This document shows positions 10,207 to 19,523 of a DNA stretch of 64,000 nt, one piece after another. Source of the stretch: an uncultured delta proteobacterium (GTDB lineage Bacteria; Desulfobacterota; Syntrophia; Syntrophales; UBA2185). The notes beneath the pieces were generated by a model. That model was not told where the DNA came from. It made no database searches and saw only the letters and a list, made by a program, of their open reading frames with translations. Numbering within the stretch: the first letter of the stretch is position 1; each line of letters opens with the position of its first letter. Location: the NCBI GenBank assembly GCA_963729715.1, contig CAVSPA010000007.1, positions 128,001-192,000 of the forward strand, written 5' to 3'. A program made the position numbers and the translations under genes.

Positions 10207-11736
10207 GTGAAGGCAGGGAGCGCATTCCAGGAGAAGAGGATCGGGGGAGAGATGACCGCCTTCCTCGCCCTTTTTCTCGACAACCTCGGTGTCCTCATCT
10301 TCATGAGCTCTATTCTCATATTCACGTTCAACTATCCAGCAGATATCATCCTGACACGCATGATTCCCGGTACAGCCATAGGGGTCTTCTTCGGCGATAT
10401 TGTCTATTCTTATTTAGCAATCCGCCTGCAAAAGAGAACGGGCCGCAGAGATGTTACGGCCATGCCGCTCGGTCTCGATACGCCCTCTTCCATCGGCCTC
10501 ACTTATGCCGTTCTCGGCCCCGCCTACATCGTCACACGCGATGCAGAACTCACCTGGCAGATCGGCATGGCCACCCTCTTCATGATTGGAGTCGTCAAGG
10601 TCATAACCTCTTTTTGCGGCGCCTGGGCGCAGCGCGTCATACCGACGGCCGGACTACTGGGGTCCATCGCCGGCGTGGGTCTTTTGCTCCTCGGCTTTCT
10701 GCCTCTCATCGAAATCTTCAACGAGGTAGTTGTCGGTGTCGTGGCTATGGGAATTATTTTTGCCGTCCTCCTCGGGAAGATGAATTTCCCTGGCAGAGTA
10801 TCCGGCGTGTTGATCGCCGTCCTTCTCGGCACTGCCATCCATTTTATTCTCGGATACAGCGGACATCTTCCGGAATTCAAGGAGCCATCTTTTGAGATGT
10901 CCCTGTGTCTCCCGGTTATTTCCGTCGATTTCCTCAAGACTCTGCCGCAGAGCATTCAGTATCTTCCCGTCGCCATTCCCTTCGGCATCATGACAATTAT
11001 CGGCGGCATCAATAATACAGAGAGCGCCCGTCTCGCGGGTGATGACTACCGCATGAGAGATATCCTGTTGACCGAGGCGTTCACCTCTCTGATCGCGTCT
11101 TTCTTCGGCGGTGTGGCTCAGACCACACCGTATATCGGACATCCGGCATACAAGAAGATGGGCGCTACCCACTGGTATACGCTCCTTACCGCCGGCGCCA
11201 TCGGCATCGGTTCAGTAATCGGTCTCTTATCAATGATAGTGGGCATCATCCCCCGTGCCGTACTGGCCCCGATCTTCATCTTCATCGGTTTTGAGATCGT
11301 CCATCAAGCCTACAAAGAGGCGCCGGAAGCGCATTCCCCGGCTATCAGCCTGAGCTTCATGCCGGTCGTTGCCAACCTTGTGATAATAATTCTCGGCCAG
11401 TTTCTGGGCGCCATGGCCATCACACCCGACAAGCTCCCCATGCGTTTACAAATCATGTATCAAAGCCTCACCGTGCTCAGCAATGGTTTTATCCTCACAG
11501 CGCTCCTATGGGGAAGCATGCTGGCCTTTCTGATCGACCGCAAGCCGCGGCTTGCCGCCCTTTGTACATTTACCTGTGCGTTCTTTACTCTCTTTGGTGT
11601 CATCCATTCTGTGTCGCCCACAGGCGAGGTGTACCTGCCCTGGACGGTTGCATCACACGCGCATTACACAATCGCCTTTGCCTATATCCTCCTATCCGGA
11701 ATCCTTTTGACCTTCACAAGAAAGACGAATCGGTAA
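10207..11736 (+). CDS. Xanthine/uracil/vitamin C permease-like (NCS2/AzgA-related) membrane transporter
   Basis: More than 12 TM segments. TAMPLGLDTPS, NNTESARLAGDDY and TTPYIGHPAYKKMG motifs. Start uncertain. Confidence 0.7.
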   Translation: MKAGSAFQEKRIGGEMTAFLALFLDNLGVLIFMSSILIFTFNYPADIILTRMIPGTAIGVFFGDIVYSYLAIRLQKRTGRRDVTAMPLGLDTPSSIGLTYAVLGPAYIVTRDAELTWQIGMATLFMIGVVKVITSFCGAWAQRVIPTAGLLGSIAGVGLLLLGFLPLIEIFNEVVVGVVAMGIIFAVLLGKMNFPGRVSGVLIAVLLGTAIHFILGYSGHLPEFKEPSFEMSLCLPVISVDFLKTLPQSIQYLPVAIPFGIMTIIGGINNTESARLAGDDYRMRDILLTEAFTSLIASFFGGVAQTTPYIGHPAYKKMGATHWYTLLTAGAIGIGSVIGLLSMIVGIIPRAVLAPIFIFIGFEIVHQAYKEAPEAHSPAISLSFMPVVANLVIIILGQFLGAMAITPDKLPMRLQIMYQSLTVLSNGFILTALLWGSMLAFLIDRKPRLAALCTFTCAFFTLFGVIHSVSPTGEVYLPWTVASHAHYTIAFAYILLSGILLTFTRKTNR

Positions 11737-12045
11737 AGAATTTTTTCTTCGCCCCTTTTCCAACAAAAATCTTTTGGGGCATCTATTAAATAAAATTCTT
11801 GAGGTGCCGGTAAGAACCAGAGAAAGGTCAAGGCCGGATTTTGTATAATAATTGCCGTCATATGTAGACCTCACAACCCCTTAGCGGCACCCACCAAAAA
11901 CATTTTCTCAGCAAAAAGGATTTTGTGCCCGGCATCACATTTTTTTATTTGATCATGCGGTAGATTGCATCCAAATAGTGATTCACAAAAATCTCGTGTG
12001 AGAAAAATTGCACTTTTTCATGTCGTCTTTGAAGAAAGGATATTC

Positions 12046-12894
12046 ATGCCTGACTACAGAAGATTGAAAATATACTGCCAAAGAGCCATCACGCCAGTCA
12101 CTATAATGTTTATCCCCCACGACAATCCCCGAAGGGCACTGAATTTAAATATTCCGGCTATTGGTCTTTTTGTATCGGTTATTTGCAGTCTTGTCGGCGC
12201 CGTTTACCTTGCCTCCATGATTCCCGATGCTATCAAATACCAAGGTATGGAAAAACAACTCCTTGATTATTCAAGAAAAGTTTGTGATTTCAACGCCACG
12301 CTATTGTCTTTGAAAAAAGCGGAAAATGAACTACATCAGTTGCTATCCCACGGTTCCAGAGAAAAGATCTTGGAAAAAGTTGATACATCGGACATAGGGT
12401 CGTTCGACATCAATCAGATTCAGGAGCAGATCGAAACTTCCATTGAGACCGTCAGCGCTATCAAGGATTATCTGCGGTCCGAGAAGGATCTCTATCTCGC
12501 CACCCCCAAGGGTTTTCCCGTTGAGGGATCAATCTCTTCTCCTTATGGCAGTAGAATCAATCCGATTTCGCAACGTCCTGAATTTCACCGCGGCCTTGAT
12601 ATTTCCGCTGACGCGGGTACTCCCGTCAGGGCGACAGCGGATGGGGTTGTCGTCTTTTCCGGTTATAACACAGGCGGAGGCAACGTTGTTGTGATTGCCC
12701 ATGGCCATCATTTTTCGACTTATTATGCGCACAACCGGAAGAACGCGGCACAAGTGGGCCAGAAGGTCAAGCGGGGAAACGTCATCGGATATGTCGGTTC
12801 GACCGGTTCTGCTACAGGAAACCACGTTCATTATGAAGTCTGGCACAAGGGAAAAAGTGAAAATCCAAACTACTATACAAAGGGGAGGTCGTGA
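12046..12894 (+). CDS. M23 family metallopeptidase with N-terminal TM and coiled coil
   Basis: HRGLD, YAH and HVHYEV zinc-ligand motifs. RBS AAGGA before ATG 12046. Confidence 0.9.
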   Translation: MPDYRRLKIYCQRAITPVTIMFIPHDNPRRALNLNIPAIGLFVSVICSLVGAVYLASMIPDAIKYQGMEKQLLDYSRKVCDFNATLLSLKKAENELHQLLSHGSREKILEKVDTSDIGSFDINQIQEQIETSIETVSAIKDYLRSEKDLYLATPKGFPVEGSISSPYGSRINPISQRPEFHRGLDISADAGTPVRATADGVVVFSGYNTGGGNVVVIAHGHHFSTYYAHNRKNAAQVGQKVKRGNVIGYVGSTGSATGNHVHYEVWHKGKSENPNYYTKGRS

Positions 12895-13286
12895 TGTTTA
12901 CCACCAGAAAGTCGGATAGACTCGAGCTCATGATTAGGGAAAGTTCCAAAATTACGGGGTATATCGAATCTGCAGGAACGATCCTTATCGAAGGAACTAT
13001 CATAGGCAACATGCATGGCAATAAAGTCATCCTTGGCGAAAAATCCTACGTCAAGGGCGATATCTCGGCCAACAATATCTCCATAGCCGGTAAGATCGAA
13101 GGTCAGTTGAAGGGAAAAGAAAGCATCGAAGTCAAGGCAACGGGGCATATCTCCGGGGATATGGTGACAAAACACCTCTCCATGATGAAGGGCGCAATAT
13201 TTAACGGTATGTCCAGCATGGATGATGCAGGGCAGGATCAAATGGAAGAGACCGATAAAAAGGTTATCGAGTTTGCGGCAAAGTAA
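12891..13286 (+). CDS. Bactofilin (polymer-forming cytoskeletal protein)
   Basis: Repeating beta-helix pattern (IEGTIIG, VKGDISA, IAGKIEG, ISGDM, GAIFNG). Overlaps the M23 gene stop. Confidence 0.88.
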   Translation: MMFTTRKSDRLELMIRESSKITGYIESAGTILIEGTIIGNMHGNKVILGEKSYVKGDISANNISIAGKIEGQLKGKESIEVKATGHISGDMVTKHLSMMKGAIFNGMSSMDDAGQDQMEETDKKVIEFAAK

Positions 13287-13529
13287 CGATGACCGTTCTG
13301 TACAAAGAAGAGATGTGGCCATTCCCCGTCTTTTCGCCCGGCAAATTGACAATGACAAATCTCATTTAGTCCTTCCTGCCGGGTTCTGACTTTTTCCAGT
13401 AAAACATTACAACTCCATCTCAAAGTGTGGTAGAATTTTTAAGGATGCTGTTCGATACGGACGGGAGCACTGTGTCCATTTTGAGGCCTGTCTGAAAAGC
13501 CATCCGGCACAATGTAATGGAGTAACGCT

Positions 13530-14360
13530 GTGATTATCGGGGAATTGGCGGGCTTTATTTTTGCAGGAGCCGCTGTTGCGGGATTTATCGGATCCATCAC
13601 CGGACTGGGCGGCGGCGTGGTTCTTGTGCCCTTCCTTGCCCTGGGACTGGGTGTTGATATGCACTATGCAATCGGCGCGTCACTGGTCTCCGTGATTGCC
13701 ACTTCGTCGGGAGCGGCCGTTGCCTATATCCGTGAAGGCTATGCGAACATCCGTGCAGGGATGTTTCTGGAAGTGGCAACCGTGTTGGGGGCAACGTTCG
13801 GAGCTTTTCTAACTACCCGGGTGACAACGGGAGCGATCGCCGTTGTCTTCGGGATCGCATTGCTGTTTTCTCTCATACCATTCCGAGCCCGCGACAAAAA
13901 AAAGGGGGATTCGATAGATCCTTTAGCAGCATGGTTGAGGTTTGACGCAAGTTATCCCACGTCTACCGGTATGCGGGAATATCACGTACATCGCGTGCCC
14001 CTTGGCTTCTTCATCATGGCCGTTGCCGGGTCGCTCTCCGGATTACTGGGAATCGGCTCAGGCGCGACGAAGGTGCTCGCTATGGACCGCGCCATGGGGT
14101 TCCCGTTTAAGGTGTCGACTACGACCAGCAACTTTATGATCGGTGTCACTGCCGCAGCCAGCGCCGGTATTTACTTGAGTCAGGGCTATATTGATCCGGG
14201 CCTAACCATGCCGACGATGTTAGGGACTCTCGCCGGAGCGCTGCTCGGGACGCGGGTATTGATTGGTACGGAAACGCGGATATTGCGATGGGTCTTCGGC
14301 GTCGTGATCCTGGCCCTCGGGGTGGAGATGATCTTTAACGGATTAACAGGAAGACTGTGA
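13530..14360 (+). CDS. Sulfite exporter TauE/SafE family protein
   Basis: GSITGLGGG, SVIATSSGA, SGLLGIGSG, STTTSNFMIGVTA. Confidence 0.88.
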   Translation: MIIGELAGFIFAGAAVAGFIGSITGLGGGVVLVPFLALGLGVDMHYAIGASLVSVIATSSGAAVAYIREGYANIRAGMFLEVATVLGATFGAFLTTRVTTGAIAVVFGIALLFSLIPFRARDKKKGDSIDPLAAWLRFDASYPTSTGMREYHVHRVPLGFFIMAVAGSLSGLLGIGSGATKVLAMDRAMGFPFKVSTTTSNFMIGVTAAASAGIYLSQGYIDPGLTMPTMLGTLAGALLGTRVLIGTETRILRWVFGVVILALGVEMIFNGLTGRL

Positions 14361-14361
14361 T

Positions 14362-14745
14362 ATGCAGCCGGAGCGAAATTACTGGACCGATGAGCGCATT
14401 GAGAAGGTAGTCAGCCTGCTGCTTCGCATCGGGGTTGTCGGCGCCGCGGCGATTGTCCTGCTGGGTGGCGTTCTGTATCTCTTCCAGTACGCCTTGACCG
14501 CTCCCCATTATGAGGTCTTTCAGGGTGAGCCTCCCCGTTTATGCACAGTGAGCGGCATTATTGCGACTGCGCTCACCCTTGAAAGTTCGGGCATCATTCA
14601 ACTCGGGCTGCTGCTCCTCATCGTGACGCCGATTGCCCGGGTCGTTTTTTCCGTGGTAGCCTTCGGTATGCAACGTGACCGTCTCTACGTGAGCGTAACC
14701 ATCATCGTGCTTATCGTACTCCTTTATAACCTGCTTCCGGGATGA
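14362..14745 (+). CDS. DUF1634 family membrane protein
   Basis: LLRIGV...IIQLGLLLLIVTPIARV motif, the usual partner of this TauE subfamily. Confidence 0.8.
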   Translation: MQPERNYWTDERIEKVVSLLLRIGVVGAAAIVLLGGVLYLFQYALTAPHYEVFQGEPPRLCTVSGIIATALTLESSGIIQLGLLLLIVTPIARVVFSVVAFGMQRDRLYVSVTIIVLIVLLYNLLPG

Positions 14746-14920
14746 ACAGTCCGCGGCTCAATAAATCCTCGTATAAATTAGTATGCAGGGTCTGCTTAAG
14801 AAGACGGGCCTAAGAAACGACTCTATTAATGGACCGATGCGGCCTGACAATCAAGAAGACAAGGCTCGCAACTGAAGGGATTGTTCAATGCTGACATTCT
14901 TGAACCATGGAGCAAAAATG

Positions 14921-14948
14921 AAAAAGGGGGCACGTACGGCCCCCTTTT
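14921..14948. terminator. Bidirectional intrinsic terminator
   Basis: AAAAAGGGGGC-acgtacg-GCCCCCTTTT between convergent genes. Confidence 0.7.
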
Positions 14949-15006
14949 AAAAGAAAAGATTAAATTGTCTGATTCAGCCTTTTTCTTTTCAGTAGTGATA
15001 GTTTTT

Positions 15007-17424
15007 TTACTTGTCGAATTTATCGACCGGAATCCGCATCGCGTAGAAGGATCTCCAGACAAAGACCACAGCAATGAGAAAGAATACGACGCCTACGATT
15101 CCGGCGCTTTCTCTCATCCCCGGGGCTATGGCCATTTCCATTGCCAGAAGCCCGAACAGTGTCGTGAATTTTATGATCGGGTTCAAAGCGACCGAAGAGG
15201 TATCCTTGAAGGGATCGCCGACGGTGTCGCCGATAACCGCTGCCGCATGCAAAGGTGTTCCCCTTTCTTTCAGATCAACTTCAACGACCTTCTTGGCGTT
15301 GTCCCAACATCCGCCTGCATTGGCCATGAAAAGCGCCTGGAAGAGACCGAATACCGCAATCGAGATCAGGTAGCTGATAAAGAAGGATGCAGGCTCGGGT
15401 CCGGAAACCGGAGCGGAGAAAAACGCGAAGGCCAGGGCAAAAGAAAAGATCGCAATAAATATGTTGAACATACCCTTCTGTGCATACTGTGTGCAAATCT
15501 TCACGACCTCCTTTGAGTTGTCGATGGAGGCGCTCAGACTGGCTTCGTCGTCAAGATTGATGTTCTTCTTGATATACTGGACTGCTCTGTAAGCGCCAGT
15601 GGTGACAGCCTGGGTGGATGCACCTGTGAACCAGTAAATAACGGATCCGCCACAGAGGAAGCCGAGCAGCGTGTAAGGATTAAGCAGGTTCAAGATCATC
15701 TCCGGCTGAATTCCGAGGGCCTTACGGAGCAGAAGGATCAGGGAGAAAATCATGGTCGTGGCCCCCACGACGGCCGTACCGATCAGAACCGGCTTGGCGG
15801 TTGCCTTGAAGGTGTTTCCGCAACTGTCATTCTCTTCCAGGTAGTGCTTGGCTACGTCCATCCGGGGCTTGAATCCGAACTCTTTTTCAATTTCTTGTTC
15901 AATATTCGGGATAGTCTCAATCAAAGACAGCTCATAGATGGACTGTGCATTATCCGTAACCGGGCCATAACTGTCGACCGCTATTGTAACAGGCCCCATG
16001 CCGAGGAAACCGAAAGCCACAAGACCGAACGCGAAGACCGACGAATATTCCATAAAGTGGTTAAGGCCGAATGTGCTCGTATAGTAAGCGGCAAACATCA
16101 GGGCTGCTATGGAAATGCCGATCCAGAAGGCGCTGAAGTTACCGGCGACAAATCCGGAAAGGATATCGAGAGAGGGTCCGCCTTCTCGCGCTGCCGTGAC
16201 CACTTCGGCACAGTGAGAGGATTTCGAGCTCGTGAATACTTTAACAAGCTCCGGAATCAGCGCCGCCGCGAGCGTACCGCAGCTGATAATAATCGAAAGC
16301 TTGAACCACAGGTTATCCGCGAGATGACCAAGCTGCCATTTACTGATGGCGAAGGTCACAAAGATCGAAATAATCGATGTAATCCAGACGAGCGATGTCA
16401 GAGAGGCCTCGAAGTTGACCTTCTCCTTATCCCCCATGATCGCTGTCGAGACGACCCCGTTGATAAAGTAAGAGACGATGGAGGTGATGATCATCAAGAT
16501 GCGCATAACGAAGATCCAGACAAGCAGTTCTGCCTGATACTGGGGGAAAGCAGCGAGGACGATGAAGCTGATCAGGGCAACGCCGGTAACACCGTAGGTT
16601 TCGAAACCGTCGGCCGTAGGTCCGACACTGTCACCCGCATTGTCTCCGGTACAGTCGGCGATGACGCCCGGGTTTCTCGGGTCGTCCTCTTTGATGGTAA
16701 AGACGATCTTCATGAGGTCCGAACCGATGTCGGCTATCTTCGTGAAGATACCGCCGCAGATACGCAGCGCGCTTGCGCCCAGAGACTCCCCAATCGCGAA
16801 TCCGATGAAGGATGCGCCGGCCACGTCGCGGGGCATGAAGACCAGAATGATGAGCATCATGATGAGTTCGACGCAAACCAAAAGTACGCCGATGCTCATG
16901 CCAGCGGTGAGTGGAATATTAAGCAGTTTGATCGGCTTGCCTTCAAGGGACGCGAAAGCCATTCGGCTATTGGCAAGGGTATTCATCCGGATGCCGAACC
17001 AGGCGACCCCGTATGAGCCTAAGATACCCACAACGGACCAGGCGAGGATAATAAGCACGCCGTTCATACCCATATGTTGAAGAGCGCCGAAGTAGTAAAT
17101 GATGCAGGCACCGATAAACACTTCCAGAACGATCAGCAGCTTGCCCTGCTGAAGAAGATACGTCTTGCATGTCTGGAAAATGATCTCAGAGATATCCAGC
17201 ATGGATTTGTGGGCCGGAAGCGCTTTGACCTTGGTATATTGATAAAGGCCGAAACCCATCCCGGCAAAGCAGATCAGAAATCCGATCATCAGGAGGTTGT
17301 TTTGGGACGAAGTTAATTCAGGAATGTTTAACTCCGCTTCGCTTGCAAGTATAGGCGTTGCAAAAAGAATCAAAAGGACGGCTAAGATACTTGCTTGGAA
17401 AAACTTTTTTTTCGTAAACATCAC
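15007..17424 (-). CDS. hppA: Membrane-bound proton-translocating pyrophosphatase, predicted K+-independent
   Basis: GGIFTKIADIGSDL, EDDPRNPGVIADCTGDNAGD, DSYGPVTDNA, GNTFKAT, GDTVGDPFKDT. Confidence 0.92.
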   Translation of the reverse strand: MMFTKKKFFQASILAVLLILFATPILASEAELNIPELTSSQNNLLMIGFLICFAGMGFGLYQYTKVKALPAHKSMLDISEIIFQTCKTYLLQQGKLLIVLEVFIGACIIYYFGALQHMGMNGVLIILAWSVVGILGSYGVAWFGIRMNTLANSRMAFASLEGKPIKLLNIPLTAGMSIGVLLVCVELIMMLIILVFMPRDVAGASFIGFAIGESLGASALRICGGIFTKIADIGSDLMKIVFTIKEDDPRNPGVIADCTGDNAGDSVGPTADGFETYGVTGVALISFIVLAAFPQYQAELLVWIFVMRILMIITSIVSYFINGVVSTAIMGDKEKVNFEASLTSLVWITSIISIFVTFAISKWQLGHLADNLWFKLSIIISCGTLAAALIPELVKVFTSSKSSHCAEVVTAAREGGPSLDILSGFVAGNFSAFWIGISIAALMFAAYYTSTFGLNHFMEYSSVFAFGLVAFGFLGMGPVTIAVDSYGPVTDNAQSIYELSLIETIPNIEQEIEKEFGFKPRMDVAKHYLEENDSCGNTFKATAKPVLIGTAVVGATTMIFSLILLLRKALGIQPEMILNLLNPYTLLGFLCGGSVIYWFTGASTQAVTTGAYRAVQYIKKNINLDDEASLSASIDNSKEVVKICTQYAQKGMFNIFIAIFSFALAFAFFSAPVSGPEPASFFISYLISIAVFGLFQALFMANAGGCWDNAKKVVEVDLKERGTPLHAAAVIGDTVGDPFKDTSSVALNPIIKFTTLFGLLAMEMAIAPGMRESAGIVGVVFFLIAVVFVWRSFYAMRIPVDKFDK

Positions 17425-17778
17425 TTGTTGTCTCCTTCTTTAGATATATTATTTCTTGCGCAATGATTTACCAGAAAATAACCCCAGGACAAAACCTTGC
17501 GCGAGTTAGCACAGCCCCCATCTCTTGTCAATACTTTTGTGAACTTCCTCTTCTAAGAACATGATAACATGGGAAGAAATGCAAACTTCGCGCACCCTCA
17601 TTTGTCATGTCAATTATTTACCCTTGGAACTCTTGCCCGCGTCCGCAATTGTTTCATAAACTCATTAAAATCGATGACATTTGCGCTTACCTGCGGCTTT
17701 TTTTCATGATTAACCTTCAATTGATTAAGATTAGCAGAAGGGCAGATTCAAGAGGTGAAAACCAAATGACCCTGGCAA

Positions 17779-17829
17779 TTGAAGCTCTCCGCAGCAAGCG
17801 AAGGTGTTTGCGCCCGCTACCGAATTCAT
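17779..17829 (+). repeat. Short (51 bp) copy of the TTGAA miniature element
   Basis: TTGAAGCTCTCCGCAGCAAGC...GCGCCCGCTACCGAATTCAT. Confidence 0.65.
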
Positions 17830-17975
17830 ACGAAACCTTTTCTCAGCAAGGGAACTTCTTATGAGATCATCATGAAATAATTTGTTGCTATGGCAGGGGA
17901 AATTTCGTTTCTTGCGAAAGCACGAAGCCGGATGCAGGTGTGTATCTATTAAGCCGGCGACAGTTCTTTAAGTTT

Positions 17976-18941
17976 CTATTTCAGTCTTGATGACGGGAGC
18001 CACTCGTCGACGACTTTTTCGACAACATTGTACGGATTCAGCTTGTGGTTCATGATCTCTTCCACCATCTGTTCTATCCTGCTGTTTTTCGCGAGGCGCT
18101 CACGGATGATACGGAAAAGTTCATGGTGAATCATCTGCAGGGTCTCCTCGCGTATGCGATTGCGACGCTTCTCCATAAGCTTGCCGCTCTGTTCGAGATA
18201 TACGCGGTGCGCTGTAATAGCTTCCAGAAGTTCCTCCTCGCCTTTCCCTTCCACAGCCACAGTCTGGATCACCGGCGGCACCCATGCACGGTCCTTTATG
18301 CTTGCATCTTGGTCGACACGAAACCGTACTTCGGAGAAGAGTTGGTCAGCTCCGGGCTGGTCGTACTTGTTGATCACATAGATGTCTGCAATTTCCATGA
18401 TCCCGGCCTTCATGCTCTGAATTACATCGCCCAGGCCGGGCACCAGGACGACGCACGTAGTATCTGCCACGCGCATGACATCGACCTCGTCCTGCCCTAC
18501 ACCAACTGTCTCGATTATGACAAAATCCTTCCCCCCTGCATCCAGTACTTTGACGGCGCCGCGGGTAAACTGGGCCAGCCCTCCCAGATAGCCACGGGTT
18601 GCCATGCTGCGCATGAAAACCCCTCCGTCCTCACTGTGACGTGTCATCCGGATCCGGTCTCCAAGCAGGGCTCCTCCCGTGAAAGGACTCGAAGGATCGA
18701 CTGCCACAATTCCTACAGTAAGATTTTTGCTGCGCAGATGCCAGGTCACACCGTCAGTAAGGGTGCTCTTCCCAGTCCCGGGAGAACCGGTGATTCCCAG
18801 AACATAGGCATTTCCCGTGTGAGGATAAATTTTCTCCATGCAGGGACGCGCCCGCTCATCTTCGTTTTCAAGCCAGGTGATCACGCGGGCCATGGCGAGC
18901 GGCGAGCCTTCGAGGATTTCTGCTACATAATCAATATCCAT
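17976..18941 (-). CDS. meaB: Acyl-CoA mutase-associated GTPase MeaB
   Basis: GITGSPGTGKST, VDPSSPFTGGALLGDRIRM, IETVGVGQ, NKYD. Confidence 0.93.
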   Translation of the reverse strand: MDIDYVAEILEGSPLAMARVITWLENEDERARPCMEKIYPHTGNAYVLGITGSPGTGKSTLTDGVTWHLRSKNLTVGIVAVDPSSPFTGGALLGDRIRMTRHSEDGGVFMRSMATRGYLGGLAQFTRGAVKVLDAGGKDFVIIETVGVGQDEVDVMRVADTTCVVLVPGLGDVIQSMKAGIMEIADIYVINKYDQPGADQLFSEVRFRVDQDASIKDRAWVPPVIQTVAVEGKGEEELLEAITAHRVYLEQSGKLMEKRRNRIREETLQMIHHELFRIIRERLAKNSRIEQMVEEIMNHKLNPYNVVEKVVDEWLPSSRLK

Positions 18942-19102
18942 ATTCTATCTATTCGCTCCTGCAGACTGATGCATCTGTGAACCACAGGAGCATTAAACCG
19001 GCAGTCTGATTGTATTTCAATAGCACAGGGGAGACAACATGAAGTCTCCCCTGTACCTTCCTCGGCTGTTCGGAAGCAAAAAATCTTGCCCAACACTTGT
19101 TA

Positions 19103-19504
19103 TTATTTGGCCTTGACGTTTGCTTTAATGAAACCGACGATCGCATCCGTTGATGTTCCCGGTCCAAAGATTTCAGCTATGCCTGCCTTCTTCAGAGTTG
19201 GGATATCTTCCAAGGGGATGATGCCGCCCCCGACAACCAAAACGTTGCCAAGCTTCTTGGCCTTCAGCAGCTCGACCACCCTTGGAAAGAAATAGTTATG
19301 GACTCCCGAAAGACTGCTCAGACCGACAACGTCAGCATCCTCCTGCAGCGCCGCCTCGACAATCATTTCCGGTGTCTGCCTTAATCCGGTGTAGACGACT
19401 TCCATACCGGCCTCAGCAAAGATACGGGACAGGAGTTTGGCCCCCCGATCATGGCCATCCAGCCCGGGTTTTGCAACGATAATTTTTATCTTTTTTTCTG
19501 CCAT
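19103..19504 (-). CDS. Cobalamin-binding small subunit of acyl-CoA mutase
   Basis: [10 protein letters not shown] (DxHxxG), GLSSLSG, GGGIIP. Confidence 0.93.
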   Translation of the reverse strand: MAEKKIKIIVAKPGLDGHDRGAKLLSRIFAEAGMEVVYTGLRQTPEMIVEAALQEDADVVGLSSLSGVHNYFFPRVVELLKAKKLGNVLVVGGGIIPLEDIPTLKKAGIAEIFGPGTSTDAIVGFIKANVKAK

Positions 19505-19523
19505 TGTAAGTCACCTCCACGCA

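Noticed and set aside
14881..17080. Long plus-strand ORFs (14881-15516, 15844-17016 and others) opposite hppA
   Set aside because: Antisense shadows of a well-supported gene, with no recognisable motifs.
17890..17962. GAAA-loop hairpin region resembling a c-di-GMP-I riboswitch
   Set aside because: Lacks the GGCAAA...GACGCAAAGC core and has no downstream gene in that orientation.
18045..18980. 311-aa plus-strand ORF
   Set aside because: Antisense to meaB. The same applies to the long shadows over the ACAD, tkt, YyaL and kinase genes.
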